Positions 39,120 to 51,838 of a stretch of DNA of 64,000 bases are shown here, piece after piece; the stretch's first letter is position 1; every line of letters starts with the position of its first letter. Both the position numbers and the translations under genes were made by a program. A model generated the notes under the pieces. That model was not told the origin of the DNA and did not search any database. It saw nothing but the letters and a program-made list of their open reading frames with translations. The DNA comes from Azolla caroliniana (taxonomy: Eukaryota > Plantae > Polypodiophyta): NCBI GenBank assembly GCA_043228905.1, contig JBHGNT010000012.1:16926001-16990000 (forward strand), read 5' to 3'.

Positions 39120-39448
39120 TGTCGATTAAGCTTCCTTTCTTCTTTTCCTTCTCTCTCGAACACGAGCTATGTAGTGGTACTACGATAGTGATGAGCCGGT
39201 TCTTCTTGAACGGCGACGTAGAGCACAATTGTCGATTAAGCTTCCTTTATTCTTTTCCTTCTCTCTCGAACACGAGCTATGTAGTGGTACTATGATAGCG
39301 ATGAGCCGGTTCTTCTTGAACGGCGACGTAGAGCACAATTGTCGATTAAGCTTCCTTTATTCTTTTCCTTCTCTCTCGAACACGAGCTATGTAGTGGTAC
39401 TATGATAGCGATGAGCCGGTTCTTCTTGAACGTCGGCGTAGAGCACAA
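39118..39448. repeat. Three 110-bp tandem units in the copia 5' leader
   Basis: ATTGTCGATTAAGCTTCC... at 39118, 39228 and 39338. Confidence 0.95.
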
Positions 39449-41136
39449 CACACGATCACGATGAGGCGAGTGGGCTAGATCGAGCTACCAAATCGCTTTG
39501 ATACCATGTAAAGAATTGGGTATGATTCTTGTGTAGCGGAAGAGATGTGTGTTATGTGTATGAGTGAGAGGAATTGGAGGAGAGATGAGAGAACACAAGA
39601 TAGATAGAAAAAGGAATACTCAAGAAGAAGGTGTATATTGCACAAGTAGAATAAGAATTACAAAATGTAGCATAATAAGGAGTCACAACCGACTTAGTAT
39701 GAAGTATGAGGAGGGTGCTTTATATAAAGTCATCCTCTCTCTTCATTAACTTTACAACAACCACTCTCTCTCTCTTGGGGAATGTGAAGACTCATAGTCA
39801 AGGGAAATATGTAACTCGTTAGTTATGTGTCATAGAATATGATTCTATGACACATAGTTTAATGTGTAGAGAGTAGTGGTGTGACTCTTGATCTTTGAGT
39901 AATCACGGATTCTCAAAAGGTGTGTTCACACGTTGCACTATGTTGAGCTTGATTCTCAACAGAGGCACTAGTTTGATTCTCAGCGTTGATAATCATATAA
40001 GAGAGGAGAGGAAGGGTTCATGTAAATCATATCGAAAGAAAGATGTATGCTCAATGCAATGCACTTGAAAGTGATACAATGTTTATACATAATTACATGA
40101 CAAATGACTTATGTTGGTATATTACCACTACCAAATTGGGTTGTTAAGCAAATAATACCATATCAACGTTAACCCACTTGAATAATAATGGTTATACACC
40201 ACAATTAACTTATTAATAACACTCAACTTCGTGATTACACACAATCAAACTACAGACAACACAATTATTGTTGTGCATTGAAATTATAGGTAAAATTTGC
40301 ACTATCACATTAAGTAGACAATAATAATTAGTTAATTAGCGGCAAAACCAACTATCTCAAGATTGTATGCTTTTGGATTATCAGTTATATCATTAGATGG
40401 TGCTACATCGACAACCCCATTATGGTGTGTAGTAAACAAATACTTCAGAAGGCCAATTTTAGATTAATACAATCTAGTGCCACATTGTGAACAATTTAAT
40501 CATCGCAATGGTTTCATGCCAAATCACAACTCACTCGACATATGGTTGTCATTAACACACACACAATCAAGTGGCACACCATCAGCAACGCGAAATTCGA
40601 GTCTAGATCAACAGTTTCCACATACATACAAACCACGCGTTTTTTGCCATGGGATTAGAAGTGCCACATCAATAAACACCCACTCGTAGAATCCAAGATA
40701 GGGTTACATTAACAAACACCATGATTATACAAGGAATATTATCACATAGAAATGCGTGCCACATCAAACCAACACAACACACTAACACAACAATATATGT
40801 GACCATCTAGTCATGGGGGGCTAACCACACGAGCAACCGTGATATGCTAACCTTGGGCGACAACACAAACACTATCGATTGGCCAATGTGGTTAAGGGGC
40901 AAACCGACCCAAACCCGTTGATGGGTAGCCAAGCAAAGCCCCACGGTTTCACACATCGAATGATCCCTTGGGTGGGTGGTTTCGTGTATTGAAGAAGCCG
41001 TTTTTGCTTCACCCAAGGACAACTCAATCACATCTATCTACGGTGCCCACACATTACATGGTCCACGGGATGTCACATTCCGTGAGGCCTCGGGAGACAA
41101 GAGACCTGATCCGTCCGGACAAATCCGACCGATGGG

Positions 41137-41197
41137 ACCCTAAACCCTAAACCCTAAACCCTAAAATCCTAACCCTAAGCCCCTAAACCCCTAAACC
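41137..41197. repeat. Interstitial telomere-type (AAACCCT)n, degenerate
   Basis: About eight units downstream of PEX11B. Confidence 0.9.
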
Positions 41198-41494
41198 GAT
41201 CCATGTTTTCTGATGAGAGTAGATACAGAAGAAGAAGAAGAAGAAGAAGAAGCAGAAGAAAGAAGAAGAAAGAATTAGTGAGACAGGAAAAATAGAGAAC
41301 AAAATCCGATCCATGTTTTTCCCCATCGATCGACTGACTGACTGACTGATTGTCTGGGTTTTGATCATCGGAGAGAATCTCTGAGTGCAGCAGCAGCAGC
41401 AGCAGCAGAGATAGAGAGACTCTCCAATTTTCTTCCCATCCATGGTTTACATGTGATTTGATCCATCCCATCCCATCCCATCCCATCCCATCCA

Positions 41495-42433
41495 TCATTT
41501 AGATGCAGGCCAGTTCCTGTACCAGCCAGACCAGGCAGAGACAAGGCCGCTGATCCCAAGGGTTACGGCATGGCAGCAGAATGGGTTGGGCTCGATCTCC
41601 GCCAGTCCTATGATGAGGTCCGCCACATTGGCCGCGATCGCGAAGGACGCCATCACCCGCTGTGATTGGATCTTCCCCAATTCTGCTTTTAGTGCAACAT
41701 ATTTGGCCTTCTCACCACCACTGTCATCATCATCATCATCATCACCAGGATCCGAATCTTTCCTTATTAGAGGATCAGAATCTTTGGGAACCCTTAATGA
41801 AGAAGATGTCGATGATGATGATGATGATGGATCTGTTACCTTTAGGGAAGGGTTTGTCGCCTCCAGAGAACTAACCTTAGTAGAAGAAGAAGAAGAAGAA
41901 GAAGTAGAGGTTAGTGTAGCCGAGATTAGGCGTCTCTCTGCTCGGAAGCCGTTTGTGATGGCGATGAGGTCGGATATTATGAAGAAGACATAGCCGAACG
42001 ATTCGCCGAACGCCGACATGAAGCTCATCCGGGTCGCGAGGTGGGTGTCCAAGAATCCGATCCGTGCCAGCCACAAGAGATGGTCGAAGAAGAAGTAGAC
42101 CATCTCGCCTCCGTTTGCAAGCACCGCCAAAACTTGCAGACCAAAGCTTGGGCTAGGGTTAGGTTTCTTGGAATTGACACTAGGGTTAGGGTGGAGGTTC
42201 CGTAGGGCGTTAAGGCCAGACAAGAAACGGCCGGTCCGGAAGGCCTTGCGGCTCGTCCCACACGAGACCTCCCATTTCTTGGCGCGCTCGGCGAGGGATG
42301 GCCGTCCATGTGATGCCAGATGCCAGTGCGCGAGCTTTGCCACGTACTGGAATGTCTTCACCAGTTTGTCGATGCCGTCTCGCTTGGCGAGGAAGATCAC
42401 GAGGCGATCGAGAGGGTCTTCTTTCCTCGCCAT
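41495..42433 (-). CDS. PEX11B: Peroxisomal membrane protein PEX11B, single exon, 312 aa
   Basis: DRLVIFLAKRDGIDKLVKTFQYVAKLA...KWEV..G.SRKAFRTGR...GEMVYFFFDH...SAFGESFGY...ANVADL...PNPFC..TLGISGLVSAWSGWYRNWP matches plant PEX11B. Confidence 0.95.
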   Translation of the reverse strand: MARKEDPLDRLVIFLAKRDGIDKLVKTFQYVAKLAHWHLASHGRPSLAERAKKWEVSCGTSRKAFRTGRFLSGLNALRNLHPNPSVNSKKPNPSPSFGLQVLAVLANGGEMVYFFFDHLLWLARIGFLDTHLATRMSFMSAFGESFGYVFFIISDLIAITNGFRAERRLISATLTSTSSSSSSSTKVSSLEATNPSLKVTDPSSSSSSTSSSLRVPKDSDPLIRKDSDPGDDDDDDDSGGEKAKYVALKAELGKIQSQRVMASFAIAANVADLIIGLAEIEPNPFCCHAVTLGISGLVSAWSGWYRNWPASK

Positions 42434-43898
42434 GATCCCCCCTTATCAAATATGTGTGTGTGTGTGTGTGTGTGGTATTATTGATTGGATTTGGGTACAA
42501 GAATTTAATCTGGTGAATGGAAATGGGTTTGGATATGAAAGATCGATCAATACAAAGGCAATCTGGTGAGAATGGAAATGGGTTTGGATATGAAGGATTG
42601 ATCAATACAAAGGCAAGAGAGAGAATGGAGATATACTCACTCTTCCTCAACCACACATAGACTTTACCACTCTTATCCTTTCTCAAAAAAGCTTGAAGAA
42701 AAGTTCTACCATTTAGCCTATATCTATCAATATATATGTTATATTCTAAGGATGGAACATGATTTGTTATGCTTTTCTCCTTGGAATTAAAACTAATCCA
42801 CTCATGTTTCAAGCGAGTTTTTTTGCCTAATCAAAGAAAATGAATTATCCCCGCTTATATTTCCGGTAACCTGGTATTCGCCTCTCCCTATCAGCATACA
42901 TCAGCTAGAGTTCTCACATCATCCTGCCACATGCATGATATGTCTTGTTTCTCTCCCAAGCTATGGTATTTTACTTGTTTTTCATTGGAGGGATCGAGGC
43001 CATATGTTTTTTTTGGTTTCTTAGAGGAGATTAAGAATGCGAAAAAGTTCTAGATGAGACAATGGTTGCCGATTCAGTGTAATTTTAATATTTGAGAAAC
43101 ACAATCCGGTGTGTAGTCCCACATCATGCGATAGAAAATGTCCCAATCACGTTACTATAGAGTTTATTCTCACAACTTGGATTTTGTGCCACAAAACAAG
43201 AATCCCATTCCTGATTTATTTATTTTCTTCTCTTTTTCTCACAACTTGTTGCTTTTCACCAAAATGCAAAACCCGAACCAAATGCAAGCAAAATTCTTTA
43301 AAAGGCAATAGTATAGAAACAACTATTGCTCTACATGATGCACTTTTCTGGTACATTAAGTTGAATGCATTCTCAAGATGATTATCCTAAATAAAATGCA
43401 TATAGGATTATTAGGGCCCGTAGATAGTACAAGAGCCCTCTAGTTATTGTTTTGATCTAATTTTTAGTAGTGCTTGATGAGATACTATAAATAGTGTACA
43501 CTTCCAATGCTACACAAATTGATATGCGACCATAAATAGTTGATGTAAGATCCTAAAAATAAACCACCGAGGATTTGGATCCATTATTGAATCTGGTGCA
43601 GTTCTTGAAGTCAAACATGCATTGGTTCTTTCATCCACAGTTGAAGAGCCCATTTTTACTTTTTCCTTAATTTGTTTTCTGATTTAATAGAACTTTTTGT
43701 CTTTGAATAACAAAAGAAAATATTACAGCAACAAGAGGATATTTAAACATGTTCTTTTCCATGATTTTGATTTAGAATGCACTTTGATTGCGAAGTTTAG
43801 TTCAATTTTTACATTATGCCAGATACATGTTTAGTTCATCCAAAGACAGCACATGAGTGCTTTTTCTTGCAATGTGCTGTATTTCTTTCTACCTTCCA

Positions 43899-46815
43899 CT
43901 ATGTCTCCTTATTCATCGGACGCATTTTCAACACATCCCCACTAGAAAAACTTTGTCTATACAGAGCTTTTAAGAAACCACAACAACCTTCCGTATCCTC
44001 AGTGTTTACGTTACTTCGATGACCTGTCTTTACTCCATGCAAAGTGCACCCTTTGACCAGAATTTTAATGCAAAACAAGTTAAGTTTATTATAAAGCGTA
44101 GAAATTGCAAAGGATTGATTGTAACACATGAGAAATGGGGAATATCTCTTTATCACCTTTAATCCATTCTGAGGTGTGTAAATTTGAATTTGCTGCTTTG
44201 ATTAGTTCTTTTAGCTCTTGATTAACCTGGAGACAAAACATGGGCCAAAACGACAATGTTTTACTTGATTTTGAGACAGCCATCTATCCATAAACAATGA
44301 GATGGTAAAACATGTTTTGATAAGAATCTTCACTAGAAGGTGAAACTAATATTAGAGGAGTTTTCTGGTTTTTTGTTTTCTTTACCCAAATTTGAAACAT
44401 TCATTGTCAACCATAGAAAGGTTCCTAATAAATGAAATCATACTTTCCCAAATCCAAAAAGATATGGCTTAACATATGTACACAATCAAAGTTTACCAAA
44501 AACAAAATTCAAATTCGATGATATATTTTTATTCTCATAGCAGAACCTCCTCATTACAAAAAATTAAACGTGCACAATATCACTCAAATTTAGATCAAAA
44601 CAATCCATATTTCATTTTGATATCTACTTCTCTGGAAAAGTATTTCCGTTTTGGGTTCACAGTTTGTTTTACCTCTTCTGTGTGTTGGTGTGTGATGAGA
44701 TGCCCGCCAGGAAGCTCAACCATTCGAGCGACTGGATGTAAGTGTCGGGTGATGGTTCGAGCATGCTTTACTGATGCGATAACATCACCCCTATACAAAC
44801 AAATATAATCAATCACTTGTTAGAGAGGCAAAATACCCTACTAATGTTCTCGGTTGAAACCCTCGGTTTTTTAAAATCTTTGAATCTAGGAAAAACTATT
44901 CTAATTTCACATTTCAACCTTCCTATTTCAGCAAATTAAAGAATATCTACATATATATAGTTTTTGCCAATATTTAGAGCTTATCATTTATTTTTCTATT
45001 AAATGTTTATTTATTTTTGCGTCTTTCTTGAATTAGGTTCTCAAGAATTATCCTTCGTTAAGAGGGTGCATCTCTAAAACAAACATATCAACCAAACACC
45101 TGCCATGAATGACTGAGACCAAAATAGATGACTTTCGGATTCTTTCATATTCCTGGGATGTCATCTTATGTGTCCAGCATGCATTTAGCTGGCCTTTCTC
45201 CCCATGGCTCGGCTGCACGCCACTGGTAGAAATGTTCTTCACATACTCCTGATTCACACACACACACACACAAACAAACAAACAAATAGCGACAACACAT
45301 TATAATTATTTAAGGTAGATGTGAATTCAATACTTCAAGTCAGCACATAAATGTAAAGCAAGAGAAAAAGGACATTAAATAATTCAAAAAACATCGTCTA
45401 AAACCACTTCTTTTAAATGTTTAAATAAAACGGAATGATTTAAGCTCAGATTTTTACATATTTGATGAGGTTTAATTTCAGAATTTACAAAAGAAATGGA
45501 GCAATTTAAGCTCACATTGTACAGCATAAATGGATTGATTCAATTCCAGATTTTATAAAATAAATGGAATGATGGAAGTCCATATTTAGGAACTACTTTT
45601 ATATACAAATTTGTTTGCTACATGCATGAATATGAAATTTTTTACCTTGAAAAGGTACTCCCTTCTTGATTCCTCTCCCACTAAATCATCAAGGTAATCC
45701 TGAATCATTCATATCCAAAAATACTTCTGAAATAGCATGAAAGGAGCTTAAACAAAGATAATAAAAAATGCATGATGTGAATAGATACAAGAGAGTACAT
45801 TTCCGAAGAAAAGATACAAAGTCTCTCAGAGAAGTAAAATACCTCAGTATAATGGGTGTCAAGATCAACCAGTGCCCTTTGTTCTGGAGACTTTGCTTTC
45901 CAAAAGCGATACGCTATTGAGAGTAATTTCATGTTCAGCTGGTTGACATTGCACAAATGTTATAGAGTAATGAATTAAGTGCTAACTTCTAAGATACGAA
46001 ACCATAACAGGACCATCTAGTCAGTTTGCTCTAAATTTATGCTAGAGAAACAAGAGATTTAAATTCTAATGTAAATTAGCTTGTATCATATACAAATTAT
46101 TCCAAGTCCTAATATCTTTTAGGATTCTGGGGGTATGGTTCATAAGTAAATTTGGACACTTAAAAAGCATACAATTGCATCCTATAAAGCATCAAAAAGC
46201 TTTTTTGTTACAGATCTCAAGATATTCCTTATCTTGTTTATTTATTTCTGGTCCTAAAACAATACCCCTAATATTTTGCATATTAAGTAGGATGGCCCCT
46301 GGTTTTCAATGTTTAGCTGACTAATTAATTGAATGAATGCTGATTAAACCAACTAGATTGCCATTACGTCCAAGTAAGAATGATTAAACCTAACTAAGTT
46401 TAAGGGTATTTTGAACATTTTAGAAAACCAGGAGGCATCGTGATAAATATGCAAAAATGTTAGGCGTACTACACTGGATCAATTAAGTACTATTGGACGA
46501 ACATAATCTAACCTTGGGTACACTCTGGTAACCACCACCGGTTGCACTCAAGAGCGCCAAAGAAGCAACACGGTCAGGTGATATTGCTGCCAGCTTGGAG
46601 GATACCATGGCTCCTATTATATGCATTTGTCTCATTTAAAAAACCTGAAAATTGGATAAAGAAAAAACAGAACACAGAGAGAGAGAGAGTTTTTGAGCCT
46701 CCAAGGAAGACTAAATACGATCTATGGGGGAGACTGAGATCATGCGGATATTCGAACATGGGTTCTCTCATTTTATACTTTTCATCCTATAGCCTGAACC
46801 ATTAAACCAACAGAC

Positions 46816-46890
<75 letters not shown>

Positions 46891-49800
46891 GTCTAACAAT
46901 TCATTACCACTTAAGACTTACATAAGCTTATTACCTAGCGAATGACCAAAAACATGTGCCTTTTCCCATTTCAAGTGATCCATTAAAGCAATTGCATCCA
47001 TAGCCATGATTTCTGTCCTGCATTTTATAGCCTTAAGTTCATTGCATGAGCTAGAAACAATAAATTAAATTATCATAATGGCAAACACACCAAAATATCC
47101 ACGACTTCTCAAAATTTTATTGGAATATCAATAAGCATTAAAAAATGACCTGAATATCCCTCGGAAGTAGTGAAGTATGTGCTTCAGTGGGATATTCTGG
47201 CAATTTCTTAAAACTTAAGATACTTTGGCATTTTACCCTTCATTAAAATGTCATTCTAGTCTACAATGTTGGCAATTTGATAAAACGTGAGAGCTATGTT
47301 GGAAAGTATGGATTCGCCCAAGACAATATGATTCAATCATGCACCCACTTGGAAAAGAAAGGCAAGAAGCTTTTGAATAAGCATATAAATTTTAATAAAA
47401 TCGAGGATAGGTGAAAAGAATAGAGAAATTATACGTGTATTTAGACTTGCTTTCGGGTGCTGAGCTCTTCCCAACCCCACGACTATCAAATGCGCAGATT
47501 TGTATTCCAGAAAGAGACATATTGGCGTTGTCTTTTACTGAAGAAGGTTCATCCTCTTCATAATCTTGACTGGGGATAGCTAGCTCTCTAATTTGATGAT
47601 TCCACGCTTCAAGAGTTGCAGCGAATCCTTTAAATCCCAGTGACATAATGCAAATAAGTAGAAGTACTTAAACCACTTTAATTAGCATTGATCATCAAAG
47701 AAAAAAAACAAATGCTAATCACTTATTTCTTCCTGAAATTGGAACAAAGCAAAAATACATGATAAAACAACTGCTGTTCATTCTTATCTCCATAAAATTG
47801 AACAAACGGAAAGTGAAAAACAAATGTTGATCATTTCTGTCTCCATAAAATTTAAACAAAAGCAAAAGAATAAAGATAAAACAAATGCTAGTCATTTATC
47901 TCCTGGAAATTGAAGTAAAAGAAAGTGAAAAAAAAGGCTAAAAATTTGTTGTTCCCTGAAAGCAAAAATATCCATGATAAACAAAAAGAAACATTATTAA
48001 CTTATTTCTTTATGAAATTACACCGAAAACGACTCATAAGATCAAACAAATGCTAACCACTTATTTCTCAAAAAGGGCCATGAAAAAATGAAAAAAAAAA
48101 CAGGAAAAACCAAATTCAATTCTCCATAGAACCAGAAGAAAATGCATGAAACATAAAAGCTATCACTTATTTTTGCATATGTAAGTAACACAGTCTATGA
48201 AAGGCTGAATAGACATATGTGACCAAAACATTTTATACAAACACATAAAACTTGAATAATTGTCTCTCATCATAAATATAACAGATAATATGTAAACTAA
48301 CCACAAGATAAATTTAAGGTGTTTCTTCAGTATGTCCCCTTTGACCATTCTAGATCATATCGATTACAATAGTGTGACCTCTGTCTCCTTTTAAAGCAAT
48401 GATGGCTTTTATCCCTATTAGATAATGAGTTTGTGGATGAGATCACCGAGTCCACATTCATTTTGCGTGAAAATGTGTAATGCCTCTCCCAATGTGACTC
48501 CTCTAGGGCGTGTTCTATTGTGTGTAGACCTCTAGGCAACTGACATGGGTGGAATCATGGCTATAAATAAGTTAGTGATGGTTCTCTTTACGGCTGTGTT
48601 GGCCTGTCTCTCCTCTTTTTAGAAGGTTAATCCCATTGATTCTTGAGATTTTCTTTTGATAGCATTTGTAGTTAAAGCAAGCATAATTGGTCCTCAGAGT
48701 CAGTGGCTCTTTGTAATGGTTCAAAGCCTTATTAAAGAGGCATGTTCCTCCTCCTGTCAGAGCTCCTTCAAGTTCAAGCAAGCATTATCAGTCCTCAAAG
48801 TTTCGTGAAATTCTGTAATGGCCAAAGCCTTCCTAAAGAGGCATATTCTCCTGCCAAACCTCGCTGTGGCTCTTCCCAAAACTGAATTGGCAAGAACAAG
48901 ACACCATCCAAGTGTGGTTGCAATTCAATGCCTATGGCCAGGTGATTGGAGTCTTGGAAAAACATGAAATGATAAGATGTGGATGTTCCTTCCTAGTGCA
49001 CCTGGTGTTCTTCACTACAAAATACAAGAGGGAAGCCACCTGTGCACCCAAAAAAATAGAATTGTGGAAAGCACAAGATGACGATGAAGATAACTACATT
49101 CTGGAAACAAACGAGAAGCCGATGTCTAATATGTAAACCTCTAGTGCTACAGAAAAAGAACAGGCTAAAAGTCTTATTTTAAATGTCCTCTCGATTCTCT
49201 CTTGCTGCTTTTCGATAAAGCTAAAAACTGCTGTTTGATGAGCCTGTGTCGTATTAGGTAGTTGGTTGGGTGAAGGCTGACCAAGCCGCAAATGTTTAGC
49301 TGGTCTTTTTTGACGATCAGCCACACTGGAACTGAGACACAGCCCAGACTCCATAGGGAGGCAGCAGTGGGGAATATCAGACCATGGGTGAAAGCCCGAT
49401 CCAGCAATATGGCGCGAGTGGGTGAAAAACGTTGCATTAGCGAGGAAGGGCAATGCCACTTGTAAAGCTCTTTCATCGAGGTCGATTATGACAAGAGTTG
49501 AAGAAGACGCCCTAGCTAATTCCATGCCAGCAGACGTGGTAAGACGGGGGCGGGGGGCAAGTGTTATTCAGAATGACTGGGCGTAGAGGGCACATAGGCA
49601 GTGAATCAGGTTGAAAGTCAAACACACCAGCTCAACTGGTGGAATGTTTTCAAAACCAATTTACTCGAGTGGGACAGAGGGGAGTGGAATTTCGTGTGTA
49701 GGGATAAAATCCGGAGAATATATGAAGGAATGCTGAAGTAGCAGAGGCAGCTTTCTGGTGCTCGCCATATGCAGGTAGACTTGCACATACAGTTCCGTTG

Positions 49801-51838
49801 GGGGGATATGGCCAGCAAGGGACCAATGCCTACCCGACTAAGCGCATGGAAAAATTAATTGAGTATAAAACATATTTCTAAGCTTTACTTCATTCTGATT
49901 GTTTGGAGGGCGACCGTGAAAAGTCACTGAATGAAGTTCTCCTGTGGGCACTGCAAAAACCCACGGCAGAGCGGATATTACTAATCGACGTATAGGATAT
50001 GATGATGGCAACAGCATGTCATAAAAGGAGATAACTGGGAATAGCCAACTCTTAGCATATCTCCAACTACACACCATTTGTAGAGACAAAGGCACCGACA
50101 AGAGATATCAAGCTCAACAATACTATAGAATAAGGGGGATAGAGTAAACCCAAATAGGAAGCTTTTACCAATGGGCAATCTAATGTGAAAGGAACACACC
50201 AAAATTATAAAAAGCTATAAAACCCACCCTTTGGTGACTTTTGTAGCTCTTCTCCAATCTTGGGGTTTTCCCTTTCTATATGTGTATTAGGAACTTTCAC
50301 TCTATCCCCTTAATCTTCTATTAGAGCTAAGAGTGATTAGGGTGAGTGGCAGTTGAACGAGGGGTACCTGTGCATTGAGGATCTAAAGCGAGTGCACCGG
50401 CGATAAAGGAAACTGGGATTCAATATGGGCATGGCAAACATCTGAAGTGTAACCACACACACTCCACACGACCTTTGCCGCTTCCCCAAAACCAAGTCCA
50501 ATCCTCTCCCTCTCCCGCTCCCTTACTCCAAAAGGGATTCACCACTTTGGATCACATATTGACACTCCAAGACCTTATTAATGAAGGAAGAGGCCATAAA
50601 AGGACAATCCATTGTTGCTTTGAGGATTTCTGCAAAGCCTTTGAAATTGCACCATGTGCTCAACGCTGCTGCAGCTAGAAGCCCTTGGTGTTCCAATAGA
50701 TATGCAATGGGGAATCTATGCATTATAAGAATCAGTGCCAAGAAAAGTTTGTGCACAATAAATAGTCGAAGATTGTGGCTGGCACAATACGAGTGAATCA
50801 AAGATGCACACTATCAAGAGAAGTGGTACTTAATTACATAGAGATTGGGCGGTTCACAAGCACAATTGGCAAGGACAACCATACCAACATTACTATATGT
50901 TGATGGCATGATATTGATCTCTGATGCTCCAGAGGAACCATAAAGACATCTAGATGGTTTAATGTCAAATTTTATAGACAAAGATTCTTCGGTTATTGTT
51001 GATCAAACTAAGGTTAAGTCATTTTATAGCACGGGTAACAAGAATAGAACCAGAATTCTTCTTGGGAGAAGAAAGATCCTCATAAGCACATACACAGTCT
51101 GTAATTCATCCAGTGAATAGGTCCCCAATTGCATGTCCATAGCATCAAAATCGTAAAATTGAGAGACCCTTAGTTTGATCCTTACCCTGTGCTTAGCCCC
51201 ATTCCGTAGATTGTATGTAGTCTCTCATTGATGTGAATAAAATATTTATGCATTAGTACATCGATCTCTTCTAGCATCTCAACATAGATTTAACCCCGGG
51301 AGCTGTGCCAAAAGCCTTACAGAATTCTGAGAGCAACAGTATGCCTTCCTTTCATGTGTTCATCCCTCTTCAATGATGGCTCTAAGTGTAGAGTATATGG
51401 GTCCAGTTATCCTTTACCAAAACCTGCTTCTTTTGCCCCAACGGCCCTCCTCCATGATGTCTTAAGTATAGGTTCTGGGATCCATAGTGATATTAATCAT
51501 TTTGGGTCTGTAATGTTCCATATCCATGCATTTTCGGCTCAATGCTTTACTGCATGCTCTTAAACATAGATCCATTACACAATGGCCAAACATGGTGCCA
51601 CCTGATCAATCCTGATTGTTCTGTAGTTGCTCGGTACCATGGGGTTCCCATTCTTTTAATAGAAGCACTGAACCCATGAATAATCTCCTAACAAACTAGA
51701 TGCAAACAGAATCATAACATGAAAATTAGAGATAAAGAGAAAAAGAAACATACCCATGATAAGCAGCACTTTGGTGTCCCCTTGCCCAAATGTCTCATAG
51801 TAGATGGACACATTTTCACTAGTTTCACAATGGGGCAT
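43899..51838 (-). CDS. Alpha/beta-hydrolase fold protein, 10 exons
   Basis: Exons by GT-AG and frame: 51838-51754, 47627-47435, 47017-46935, 46613-46513, 45938-45843, 45699-45646, 45248-45100, 44790-44673, 44226-44157, 44023-43899 (last junction least sure). Motifs: YYETFGQGDTKVLLIMG, CAFDSRGVGKS, nucleophile GHSLG, VIHGRGD, GGHLIT. Confidence 0.9.
46821..46887. repeat. (AG)n microsatellite in intron
   Basis: About 33 units. Confidence 0.95.
49210..49760 (+). pseudogene. rrn18: NUMT: fragment of plant mitochondrial 18S rRNA gene
   Basis: GCTGTTTGATGAGCC, GATCAGCCACACTGG, GGAGGCAGCAGTGGGGAAT, GAAAGCCCGATCCAGCAATAT, GAAGGGCAATGCC, TGCCAGCAG..GGTAAGACGGGGG and GGAATTTCGTGTGTAGGG are plant mitochondrial SSU signatures; conserved positions carry substitutions. 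Confidence 0.92.
49762..50200 (+). pseudogene. nad7: NUMT: nad7 intron i140 3' end, exon 2 (49839-49907) and intron i209 5' part
   Basis: Group II domain V/VI remnant (GCCATATGCAGGTAGACTTGCACATACAGTTC...CCTACCCGAC), a 69-bp exon reading EKLIEYKTYF*ALLHSDCL (cf. EKLIEYKTYLQALPYFDRL), then GGGCGACCG...AGTCACTGAATGAAGT. Right boundary uncertain. Confidence 0.88.
50530..51090 (+). mobile_element. Degenerate LINE reverse transcriptase fragment
   Basis: GFTTLDHILTLQDLI...HCCFEDFCKAF, GVNQRCTLS (cf. GVKQGCPLS), LLYVDGMILIS (cf. LLYADD). Confidence 0.8.

Larger units (their letters stand above)
34660..39961 (-). mobile_element. Full-length, decayed Ty1/copia LTR retrotransposon
   Basis: LTRs 34660-35111 and 39507-39961 (TG...CA); TSD GAGGT / GAGGC; PBS TGGTATCAAAGC (tRNA-Met-i) 39495-39506; PPT just inside the 3' LTR; gag-PR-INT-RT-RH order. 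Confidence 0.97.

Noticed and set aside
40126-41130. CACTA element suggested by CACTAC and repeated GTGCCACAT motifs
   Set aside because: No matching second TIR or 3-bp TSD found.
49094-49525. 143-aa minus-strand ORF
   Set aside because: Antisense reading of the rRNA-derived NUMT.
49210-49760. Functional rRNA gene or bacterial 16S contamination
   Set aside because: Partial, mutated at conserved sites, has plant mitochondrial signatures and lies within a nuclear intron.
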